From Candidatus Bathyarchaeia archaeon (GTDB lineage Archaea > Thermoproteota > Bathyarchaeia > Bathyarchaeales > Bathycorpusculaceae), in contig JBEKHN010000032.1 in assembly GCA_050012255.1 (NCBI GenBank), positions 1 to 10,299 of the forward strand: a DNA stretch of 10,299 bases, in the 5' to 3' direction. The stretch's first letter is position 1; every line of letters begins with the position of its first letter. The notes below the pieces were generated by a model. That model saw only the letters and a program-made list of their open reading frames with translations. It had not been told where the DNA came from and ran no database searches. Both the position numbers and the translations under genes were made by a program. Shown in pieces: positions 1 through 7,216 of this stretch.

Positions 1-115
1 AACGTAAAAGTTTCTCTTCTGCCGCATTTTGTCGCTTCGGAACCCTTATTGTCACCTTTTTTCTCAGTCTGTGGCCTCGAAAACCCCTTTCTATGAGTAA
101 AGATTTGTATTTCAT
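1..115 (-). CDS. 5' part of a basic hypothetical protein running off the left edge (MKYKSLLIERGFRGHRLRKKVTIRVPKRQNAAEEKLLR...)
   Basis: Own translation, not in ORF track: ATG at 115-113, AGGAGG Shine-Dalgarno at 130-125, frame open to window edge. Confidence 0.6.
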   Translation of the reverse strand, partial: MKYKSLLIERGFRGHRLRKKVTIRVPKRQNAAEEKLLR

Positions 116-415
116 TTTGACAAACCTCCTATTGCCCAAGTCTTCATTGCCCAGATTTAAGACGTAATCTCTTTTGCGCTCTTTTCCCGTTCGGTCAGGC
201 GTTCGGTGGGCTTATGCAATTCGTTGAAGAACAAAGTCGCAGCCGAATCAAAAAGCAGTCACGGACCTGAAGAACTTCTACACCCATCTCTTCTTTTTTC
301 CAGAATAGATAGACCTTCGTCTGCATCAAAAAGCCGCAGATCTTGATCAGGCTTGCAAGCTTCTCGAGGCTCGCGTTTGCTATTTCCTTCTGATAAGCAT
401 CCTTAGTGCGCGCGC

Positions 416-516
416 TATGAGGGGTAAGTTTTCGAGTCTTTTTTACCCCTCGCAGTATAGTCTTAGCTTCATTATGAGGGGGTAAGTTTTTGAGCTTTTT
501 TGACCCCTCGTAGCAT
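416..516. repeat. Two direct repeats (416-458 and 473-516), each internally an inverted repeat
   Basis: TATGA-GGGGTAAGTTTTCGAGTCTTTTTTACCCCTCGCAGTAT vs TATGAGGGGGTAAGTTTTTGAGCTTTTTTGACCCCTCGTAGCAT (6 substitutions, 1 indel). Copy 1 has perfect arms GAGGGGTAA (419-427) and TTACCCCTC (443-451). Confidence 0.9.
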
Positions 517-605
517 CAACTCACTATCCTATCCTTTCCTGTTCCAGTAATATCCAGATGTATCCTGAAGCGGCTGTAGGTTTTAGCGTCCATTGGAAGC
601 CCATG

Positions 606-687
606 GTTGTCCTGTCGTCCACTAACCGTCGTCCGTCGTGGTCGTCGTCGTGGTCGTCCGTCGTCCGTGTTGGTTGGTTGGTTGGGG
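606..687. repeat. GTCGTCC/GTCGTG short-repeat array followed by (GTTG)4GGG
   Basis: GTCGTCC at 614, 628, 653, 660; variants at 606, 635, 641, 647; (GTTG)4 at 669-684. No A on the + strand from 626 to 688. Confidence 0.9.
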
Positions 688-702
688 TAAAGTTTTATCC
701 CA
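683..702. repeat. Imperfect palindrome TGGGGTAAAGTTTTATCCCA related to the 416-516 repeats
   Basis: Arms TGGGGTAAA / TTTATCCCA with 1 mismatch; shares GGGGTAA(A)GTTTT with both upstream repeats. Confidence 0.75.
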
Positions 703-1002
703 CTACGAGCGCGCGCGACACAAAGCTCCTGCGAAACCTTCGATTTTTAGACTTCTTAAGATTTTAGATCCTCTCTCGGTGAAATTCATTGAATTTTCCG
801 ATCGGCTTTTTTTGCTGTGGCGAGCACTTTCAACCATGTTGATTTGTCATTCTCAGCTGCTTTTTGATCAGGAATGAATTTCAAAAGGCCAAAGCATGGT
901 TAAAAAACACCCTGCCTAAGCTTCTTCTGCTGCCCAATACGGCAGTTTTTAGGGCCATCTGCTTCTTGATCTGTATTAAGGGATCGAAAAATGGAACCCG
1001 TG

Positions 1003-1761
1003 TCAATTGGTATCCGTGCGGGCTACGTGTGGGTCGATGGATTGCCGGTTTGGCCATGAAATGTCCTCTCGCCAATTTACTCCTGGAAAAGCTTCTACGA
1101 TCGGTGTCACCACTTGAACTACGGCCTCGCGGAAGAAGTCATGTTCTGCCAAGTCCTGGTTTAAGCGTCTAAAAGCCTCAGAATCTAGCGCGTACGCCAA
1201 TTGTCTTCCACGAGCTCTACCCTTCGCATCTGCTCTGTCAGCTGTGACGAGGTTCCATTCTCTGAGTCGCTTCAGAATCGTGGAGACTTGAGACTTGGAC
1301 ACGTGCAATATTTTCTTAAGGCCGCTTTGTGTGAAGTAAAGTTTCTCATGGCATAATAGGATCGAAATCGTTTTCAAATCGGAATCTCTCACGCGTCCGT
1401 AGAGCGAGAGGCCTATGAGACCGATTATTCCGTGTTTTTGAAAGACTTCTTGCATGTTCAGCACGGGTTTTTCCGTTTGTGGTTGCGCGTTCCGTATTTC
1501 CCTCATGTATTCTTCAAACTCGTCCATTCTCTGTTTGCTCTTCCAGTTGTTTGCAGTCAATACTGGAATCATCTCCAAGAAGTCGACGTCGAGTTTATGA
1601 CAGAAACGACGTTGAAGTTCCGAGATTTTGTCTGGCTGTCTCTCCCAAGGCCATATAGGAAAAGTCTCTGTCGGACCGCATATGGGACAGACCACCGTGT
1701 GCTTTATGAGCCAAGGCGGGCAAAACTCTTTCCTAGTCATTTTCGTTCTCACTCTCCACAT
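1003..1761 (-). CDS. Winged helix-turn-helix DNA-binding protein with N-terminal Cys motif (possible Zn site)
   Basis: FTQSGLKKILHVSKSQVSTILKRLREWNLV...GRQLAYAL fits a wHTH; FCPP...CPICG near the N-terminus; start overlaps the upstream ORF. Confidence 0.8.
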   Translation of the reverse strand: MWRVRTKMTRKEFCPPWLIKHTVVCPICGPTETFPIWPWERQPDKISELQRRFCHKLDVDFLEMIPVLTANNWKSKQRMDEFEEYMREIRNAQPQTEKPVLNMQEVFQKHGIIGLIGLSLYGRVRDSDLKTISILLCHEKLYFTQSGLKKILHVSKSQVSTILKRLREWNLVTADRADAKGRARGRQLAYALDSEAFRRLNQDLAEHDFFREAVVQVVTPIVEAFPGVNWREDISWPNRQSIDPHVARTDTN

Positions 1762-2117
1762 GAATTCTTGAGAAGCTTCGACAGAGCGTCAACAACGCGT
1801 TCTTTTTGCCTGTAAACCTCGCGAGTCTTGTCCTCTATGAATAGGTTGACGATTGCGGTGAGTGGGTTGATGATTTTTCTAGTCAGAATACAGTCGAGGT
1901 ATTCGTGTCTCAATGTTTCTAGAGCGTCACGCAAATCTTCATCATAAACGTAGATTATGCCCTCTGCCACTTCTCCGGACAAGCTACTTCCAACTTGTGG
2001 TTTCCAACGAACCGCAGTCACCTCATCGCATGGAATCAAAGTTTTCAGCTTCACAAGCTGTTTAGCGAGGACACCCTGAACACAAGGATGCTCGAGTTTC
2101 ACGATTTTCTGCATCAT
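1749..2117 (-). CDS. Hypothetical protein with zincin-like HExxD motif
   Basis: SGEV...GIIYVYD...ALETLRHEYLD resembles the strand-plus-HExxH helix of minimal metallopeptidases, with the second His replaced by Asp; ATGA overlap with the upstream gene. Confidence 0.75.
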   Translation of the reverse strand: MMQKIVKLEHPCVQGVLAKQLVKLKTLIPCDEVTAVRWKPQVGSSLSGEVAEGIIYVYDEDLRDALETLRHEYLDCILTRKIINPLTAIVNLFIEDKTREVYRQKERVVDALSKLLKNSCGE

Positions 2118-2686
2118 CTTTCACCCAACCCGCTTGAATCACCCGGTTGCAGTCCATGTTCATTCATTTTTTGACGCAGCGTTTCGGCACGCTTTTTCAG
2201 TCGCTTCAAAGCATTCAGAACCTTATCATAAACGCCCAGAACTTCGGCTGTGGAGAACTCATCAACATTTGCAAGAATCTCGTCCGCAATGGTACTCAAC
2301 AACTGGTGTGTCTCAGTCGCAAGAGAATTCAACTCCTCGACGAGCCGCTGCGCACGCTTTGATTGGGCTTCATTGGTTGTTTCACTTTGATCCTCGTCTA
2401 GCACAGCAAGCGCAGGACTGAACACTCTGTTTTCAGAGACTACCCTTTTAACCTCCTCGATTGTAACTTCACCCATACCTTCAAACTCTCTGGCAATCTC
2501 CAGCAGACGCTCGCACTCAACCAGTTGTGAAAACCTGAAAAGTTTGTTGACACCCCAAGCCTTTAATGCATTAAACTCTTCTCCAAGCGCAAGAGACTCC
2601 AACTTGGCGAAAAGGTCGCCTATCGCCATATACAGTGAGATTGCACTTTCACTCAAGCCTGTTTCATGGGCCAACAAGGCCTGCAC
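2114..2686 (-). CDS. C-terminal half of split ParB-like protein: HTH plus helical/coiled-coil region
   Basis: Begins directly with QALLAHETGLSESAISLY, a ParB-type HTH; overlaps the ParB domain ORF by 23 nt; heptad-rich C-terminus. Confidence 0.75.
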   Translation of the reverse strand: MQALLAHETGLSESAISLYMAIGDLFAKLESLALGEEFNALKAWGVNKLFRFSQLVECERLLEIAREFEGMGEVTIEEVKRVVSENRVFSPALAVLDEDQSETTNEAQSKRAQRLVEELNSLATETHQLLSTIADEILANVDEFSTAEVLGVYDKVLNALKRLKKRAETLRQKMNEHGLQPGDSSGLGER

Positions 2687-3113
2687 TCCCTCCCTCCCTC
2701 TTGCCTGTCTCCTTTTCTAACTCTCGTGCCCAAGCCGCGTAGAATAGGCACTTTTCGTACGCCGACCTATCTTTTCTTTGAAACGTTGCCTCGCTTGTGC
2801 GGAAAACATCCGAACCTTTGACGCAAGGTATTACATCTACAAGAACCTCTATTTGCTCGTCTTTCACTGAAAGAAGTCTTCCATCACCATCAATGAGTTC
2901 AAACTCATCAGTTTTTCCCGGGATTGAATGGACAAGCAGAGGTTGCAGAATTCCATCTTTTTCAACTGATCTTGCTATTTTTGGGCCGTGAGCTCTTTGA
3001 GGAAGAACGGTAGATCGATGGACATTTCCAGCTCGCACCCACTTTAGCACTCTCTCCTCTGCTTGTTCAATTTTGCCCTCACTAGTCATCGTTTCATCCT
3101 CGCCAGTTTTCAT
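2664..3113 (-). CDS. ParB/Srx N-terminal domain protein (N-terminal half of split gene; real start may be ATG 3089)
   Basis: IARSVEKDGILQPLLV...FELIDGDGRL matches ParB box I and the GxxR motif; ...SEATFQRKDRSAYEK resembles the ENxQRxDL region. Confidence 0.85.
   Translation of the reverse strand: MKTGEDETMTSEGKIEQAEERVLKWVRAGNVHRSTVLPQRAHGPKIARSVEKDGILQPLLVHSIPGKTDEFELIDGDGRLLSVKDEQIEVLVDVIPCVKGSDVFRTSEATFQRKDRSAYEKCLFYAAWARELEKETGKREGGSAGLVGP
2686..2700. repeat. Tetranucleotide repeat (CTCC)3CTC at the ParB frameshift
   Basis: Removing one 4-nt unit joins the two ORFs in frame (...ETGKREG-VQALLAHETG...). Confidence 0.8.
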
Positions 3114-3248
3114 CCACGCACATTACGTGAGCGCGGAGTCGTGCGTAACTTCGGTGAAATAGAGGAAACAATCACTGTCAGCTTTGGGTTCCTTTTGGAA
3201 ACTTATGAATCGTCTCGGAAACCGTCTTCTGAATTGTGTTGGCTTTGA

Positions 3249-3476
3249 CTATGCGCACGCGCTAACTTCCGGTCTTCCTTGGCCATCTCCCTCAAAATGG
3301 CCCGCACTAGACGCATGGGGTAGCGCGCGCCCGTTAACTATGAAAGGCTGCTGAACGCCAACCGTATTTACAGAATCGGCGAGTTCTGTTTGGTGAATTT
3401 GGGGAGGCAGAACTGGAGAAGGGTGAACAGTCTTTGCCTTCACAATTTTGTAGTCTCTTTTTTCTCTCATTTTCAA
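3249..3476 (-). pseudogene. Truncated, degenerate ParB-like paralogue
   Basis: KIVKAKTVHPSPVLPPQIHQTELADSVNTVGVQQPFIV aligns without gaps to KWVRAGNVHRSTVLPQRAHGPKIARSVEKDGILQPLLV of the next gene; FEGDGQGR matches FELIDGDGR; stop follows shortly. GGTG SD precedes ATG 3470. Confidence 0.7.
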
Positions 3477-3501
3477 ACACCATTTCTAACATAGAGTTTG
3501 G

Positions 3502-3526
3502 AGCGCAGGTGCGCTATTTATTTATA
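3502..3526. promoter_or_regulatory. Divergent promoter region: inverted repeat AGCGCA-GG-TGCGCT abutting a TATA-like tract
   Basis: IR at 3502-3515; TATAAATAAATA on the minus strand at 3526-3515, about 45 nt upstream of ATG 3470. Confidence 0.5.
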
Positions 3527-3595
3527 GTAGTTTGTGATAGTATGACCGTGGAGATATATTATCTGTAAGGAAGGAAATCAGGACAGTATCCGCCG

Positions 3596-4465
3596 TTGAC
3601 ATTGAATGACGAAAGTCCTAGTATCCCTCTACGCTTGCAAAACCTCGCGCGCGCGCTAAAATTCAACGAATTGCGCACAAGGAAGTTGTCAGCGTTAGAA
3701 TTGAGGGTTCTTCTGACTCTGGCTGATAATGGTCCCCTAACCATGTACTCCATCGCGCGGATGCAGAAAGTTGCATACTCAGCCATCCACAAAGCCACTA
3801 AGAGTCTGGAAAAACTGAACTGGGTGAAGATCATAAGAGAGGAAAAATCGAAAAAACAAGTGACTAGGAAGATCTACAGTCTGACCAGAGAAGGATTGTT
3901 ATGGTTTCTAAGTCGGATACCCACGCTCTTACCAAGAGCGTTAGCTTCCAACGAATTCGCAAAGCCTTCGCCAAGATCGTTGAAGCCCGTCAAATTGAAG
4001 AGCCAAAGAAACCTCGAGGCCCGCTTGTTTCCGGCCTTCAATATACGAAAAACTGCGCAAAAAAACACTGAGCTTTTCCCAGTGGTTTTCGAAAACTGGG
4101 ACTTCTTCAAAAGAATCAAAGTAGCAGACCGCCTATTTAATGGGTTCCCTCAGGCAGCCATGTCAGCTCTCTGCGACTATTACCATCAGAGTTTTCCTTC
4201 AAAGGAATTCTCTTCCCTTGACACGCTTTTCGCATATTACTTGTATTATGGATTTATAGAAGGCGAAGCATACACTCGCGTATATCAGGAAGATCAGGAA
4301 AAGGATGATTGGATTGCAGAAAACAGAAACAGAGCAATGAAAATGCGCGACGAAGGAAAAGATCCACGTCTGCGGAAAATCATTTTAACTGTCACAAAGG
4401 ATCTTGAAAAGAATCTTTCCACAAAACTGGAGTTTGTCAAATCACTCGCAACCCCACAAGCATGA
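3596..4465 (+). CDS. N-terminal winged-HTH (MarR/PadR/TrmB-like) regulator with uncharacterised C-terminal domain
   Basis: LELRVLLTLADNGPLTMYSIAR...AYSAIHKATKSLEKLNWV...RKIYSLTREGL; 289-aa ORF; TTG start uncertain. Confidence 0.8.
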   Translation: MTLNDESPSIPLRLQNLARALKFNELRTRKLSALELRVLLTLADNGPLTMYSIARMQKVAYSAIHKATKSLEKLNWVKIIREEKSKKQVTRKIYSLTREGLLWFLSRIPTLLPRALASNEFAKPSPRSLKPVKLKSQRNLEARLFPAFNIRKTAQKNTELFPVVFENWDFFKRIKVADRLFNGFPQAAMSALCDYYHQSFPSKEFSSLDTLFAYYLYYGFIEGEAYTRVYQEDQEKDDWIAENRNRAMKMRDEGKDPRLRKIILTVTKDLEKNLSTKLEFVKSLATPQA

Positions 4466-4602
4466 TACAGATTATCCGATACACATAGGGCTCGGGCTAT
4501 TTCACTTTTACTCTACTCTCTCCAATCCTCATGAATGTTGTTTCAGGACTAGTCTTTTAACAGATTTCAAGGGGTCATGTTCGTTTGCGGGCTTGACGAG
4601 TC

Positions 4603-5469
4603 TTGCTGTCACAGAGCGAAGTCGGAATATACTATTTAGAGAATTCCCTCAGAGTGCCTAGTCTCTGGAACCTCACGAGAAAGCATTTCCGAGTCTCGCT
4701 CTATGATGGAAGGTTCGTCAAGCTCAACCATTTTGAAAACCGCCTAAACGAGAGAGACCTAAGGTTCTACTGTTACAAGCTCAGGCCTATGCATGTCTAC
4801 TTCAGTGTTCTAAATTGGCTTTTTCCCGAAAGAGTCGGTAAGAAATACAAGGCCGAGTATTGCATTCCCTTGAACGGCGAATATGTCATTGATGTTGACA
4901 GTTACCTTGTCGGTTTTGGGCATGTCCACAAAGTCGATGACCACTGGCTTGTCTGTCCAGAATGCTTGGACATGGCCAAACGCATAGCATTGCAGCTTTG
5001 CGAGGTCATTCACAAATATTACTCAAAGATCGCCATAGTCTTCAGCGGTTGCGCTGGCTTTCACGTTCACGTCATGGACTTCAACTATTACGATTGGGTT
5101 CACTATCACTGGAACGACCCGATATGGGCTCATTCAGCAGCTAGGTTCAAGTTCACTAAACTACTGCAGAAGCAAACTCACTGTTTCGATAGGACTCACT
5201 TCACCGTATTAGTTGACCCCATGCGAGTTGTAACCGTTCCAAACACACTAAACGGCAAAACAGGCCTAGTCTGCAGATTCATTGGAACACCGATAGACCT
5301 GGAACTTCTAGCGCGCGCCAAGATTTGTCGGACTCTGTCAAAATTCACACACAGTAGTATAGAACAGGTTACAGATGGCCTGTTCTTGACGGAAAAAATG
5401 TGTACATTCCTTCTCAAGCAGAACGTTCCGGAGAAGTTTCTGCAGGCTATTCACAATTTTGAGCTTTGA
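4603..5469 (+). CDS. Archaeo-eukaryotic primase, PriS (small subunit)-like paralogue
   Basis: Motif I GEYVIDVD, Zn knuckle H...CPEC, motif II VFSGCAGFHVHV, motif III region VDPMRVVTVPNTLNGKTGL, plus PMHVYFS. Confidence 0.88.
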   Translation: MLSQSEVGIYYLENSLRVPSLWNLTRKHFRVSLYDGRFVKLNHFENRLNERDLRFYCYKLRPMHVYFSVLNWLFPERVGKKYKAEYCIPLNGEYVIDVDSYLVGFGHVHKVDDHWLVCPECLDMAKRIALQLCEVIHKYYSKIAIVFSGCAGFHVHVMDFNYYDWVHYHWNDPIWAHSAARFKFTKLLQKQTHCFDRTHFTVLVDPMRVVTVPNTLNGKTGLVCRFIGTPIDLELLARAKICRTLSKFTHSSIEQVTDGLFLTEKMCTFLLKQNVPEKFLQAIHNFEL

Positions 5470-5648
5470 TCGCCTCCGTTTCGCAAGACTGAGCGAATAG
5501 TTGTTCTTGAATTTTGCTCGGAAAAAACGACCAGCACTAGATAAAGTACTTTCTTGTGTAGACGGCACTAGTGCTCTGAAATGTGAGAACTGCAGTTTTG
5601 TGTTGCGGCGGACGGCAAGGTTTTGCTCAATGAAGTATCAAAATCGTT

Positions 5649-5852
5649 TTACGATGCGTGTTTCTGTCGTTTGCTTTCTTTGTTCTTACGATCTCTGAAG
5701 TTGAGTCTCAACACATGCTTTCTTGGATTCCACTCGATCTTCAACAAGCCTGAAAAGAAGAGATCCGTTACTATGAGGTTGACCTCTTCCTCATCATGTT
5801 CTTGATCGTATTCATCTTCGTATTCGCTTCCAAGGTTCTCGATAAAATCCAA
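5649..5852 (-). CDS. Small hypothetical protein or gene remnant, acidic N-half and basic C-tail
   Basis: Protein-like 67-aa ORF; the frame stays open for 23 more codons upstream without a start codon, so it may be 5'-truncated. Confidence 0.4.
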   Translation of the reverse strand: MDFIENLGSEYEDEYDQEHDEEEVNLIVTDLFFSGLLKIEWNPRKHVLRLNFRDRKNKESKRQKHAS

Positions 5853-6012
5853 GAAGAATTGTCTCGCAACTGCTTCTTTGCTTATGTGTACCCGCTCCGT
5901 TCCATTCGGAAGATGCTATAGGACTCTTGTACTTATGCTCTGTGAGGCGCGCGCTCTAGATGGTATTGCTACAAGTGCCGAAAATACGTTCAGTTCGAGG
6001 TGCGATGAGTGG

Positions 6013-6125
6013 ATGCCTAAATGCCCTAAATGTGGTAGCTCGGAAATCATTGAGTCCAGTCTGCACATTTTTCTTTTGGTTCAAAGAAGTATAAATGCCA
6101 ACGATGTGGGACGGTTTTCAAGTAA
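6013..6125 (+). pseudogene. Frameshifted Zn-ribbon mini-protein (MPKCPKCGSSEIIES...FGSKKYKCQRCGTVFK)
   Basis: First CxxC follows ATG 6013; second CxxC lies in the -1 frame ending at TAA 6123-6125. One added base near 6055-6077 gives a 37-aa Zn ribbon. Confidence 0.65.
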
Positions 6126-6133
6126 GTGATGTT

Positions 6134-6304
6134 ATGACTAGGTGCGCATCCCGTTGAAGAGGAAATAGGTCTTACAGGATGTGGCTGGTTCGCTATCAGG
6201 GTTGCGGCGTGGAGTATTGCGATAATTGCAAGTTGAGGTTAAGAGACCGTATGGTAGGGTTCGGCGGCTGGACGTGCGTGAGGTGCGAAGGAAAAGTCAG
6301 CTAA
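6134..6304 (+). pseudogene. Degenerate multi-Cys Zn-finger mini-protein; 41-aa intact ORF from ATG 6179
   Basis: MTRCASR*RGNRSYRMWLVRYQGCGVEYCDNCKLRLRDRMVGFGGWTCVRCEGKVS: two intact CxxC, two eroded ones (CASR, YQGC) and an in-frame TGA at 6155. Confidence 0.55.
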
Positions 6305-6413
6305 TCAGAGCGCGCGCTCTTTATGGCTTGATTTCTGTAATATTACAAGGTTGGTAACTTGGCTTAAATTCCGAGATCCCGTTGTCAGTTCCTTAGTCAA
6401 AGAGGAACTTTGA

Positions 6414-6890
6414 GTGTTCAATGAGGCTGTGGCAGGGTTCAGGACAGAAATTTCATTCGCGCTCTTAGTGCTGTTGTTCTTCTGTTTGATGTCGCGTATG
6501 GATTATGTTGTTAATTTGACTCTGTATGATTATGGTCTCCGTTTCTCCTATGAATGGGCAGAGGGATACTGGGTTACCTATAATGCAATTTTCGTTACGT
6601 TTGCGTTGGCGATGAGTTGTGCCTACTGGTTTGGGTCTCACAAGACGCGAAGGGACATGAAATTCTCCATCGCGCTGCTCACCACGATAGTTTTCTTAAC
6701 CGTAGGCGGCCTACAAGACATCATGTTTTTTGTTTTTTGGGCTGGTGGTCTGCCTCCAAGCAATATTGTTTGGTGGTGGTCTCCTTTGACAAACCTTATT
6801 GGAACTTGGAACAGCACGATTCAAATCGGCTTCACGACATTGATGGTTGGCGCGAGCATCTGCACATGGATACTGGCCACAAAGAAATAG
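6414..6890 (+). CDS. Hypothetical integral membrane protein (about 4 TM helices)
   Basis: Several long hydrophobic segments, aromatic-rich loop LYDYGLRFSYEWAEGYW, GAGG upstream of the GTG start. Confidence 0.8.
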   Translation: MFNEAVAGFRTEISFALLVLLFFCLMSRMDYVVNLTLYDYGLRFSYEWAEGYWVTYNAIFVTFALAMSCAYWFGSHKTRRDMKFSIALLTTIVFLTVGGLQDIMFFVFWAGGLPPSNIVWWWSPLTNLIGTWNSTIQIGFTTLMVGASICTWILATKK

Positions 6891-7216
6891 AAACGATTAA
6901 CCATCTCATCGAACTGAACCGCACGCGCCCCCAAGAACCTTATTGTCATGAGCTCTCCCTCTACATCAGCACTTCTTATTTCTATCCTATCAGCTCTTCG
7001 CGCACTGAAAAGTTACCACCCTTGCCGGAAGTCTCGCGCGCGCACGTTCCTGATTAACAATAGCATAACACAGTTTAGGTAGCACGACATAACAATTCAA
7101 GCAAACAAAACATAACATCATAAACCAAGAAGCGCGCGCGCTCAACGTTAAACGCTACCCAAAACGTTTTGCTTTCGCAGCTCTTGGATCTTAATCAAGA
7201 ATGAAGGCTAAAGAAT

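Larger units (their letters stand above)
1..6317. mobile_element. Probable degenerate integrated plasmid/virus-like element; boundaries uncertain
   Basis: Co-occurrence of ParB-like genes, wHTH proteins, an orphan AEP primase, small Zn-finger ORFs, an origin-like repeat block and several pseudogenes. No integrase or att sites in the window. Confidence 0.45.

Noticed and set aside
416-516. Mini CRISPR array
   Set aside because: Only two imperfect repeats with a 14-nt gap, no cas genes, no leader.
541-557. ORB element (GTTCCAGT...)
   Set aside because: Lacks the GGAAA half and G-string; no orc1/cdc6 nearby.
558-1172. ORFs 558-767, 638-877, 864-1172 (+) and 881-1075 (-)
   Set aside because: Low-complexity translations of the repeat tract or overlaps with the wHTH gene; no motifs. 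A decayed minus-strand gene at about 790-1075 cannot be excluded.
1432-3248. Plus-strand ORFs 1432-1815, 2134-2421, 2147-2362, 2797-2991, 3063-3248
   Set aside because: Antisense shadows of the coupled minus-strand operon.
3559-5805. Short ORFs overlapping or flanking the wHTH and primase genes
   Set aside because: Alternate-frame or antisense ORFs with no recognisable motifs.
6155-6157. Selenocysteine or readthrough at the in-frame TGA
   Set aside because: The TGA is at a Gly-like position after an eroded CxxC, neighbouring Cys are also mutated, and no SECIS is evident; decay is simpler.
6617-7057. 146-aa ORF
   Set aside because: Off-frame overlap with the membrane protein gene; not protein-like.
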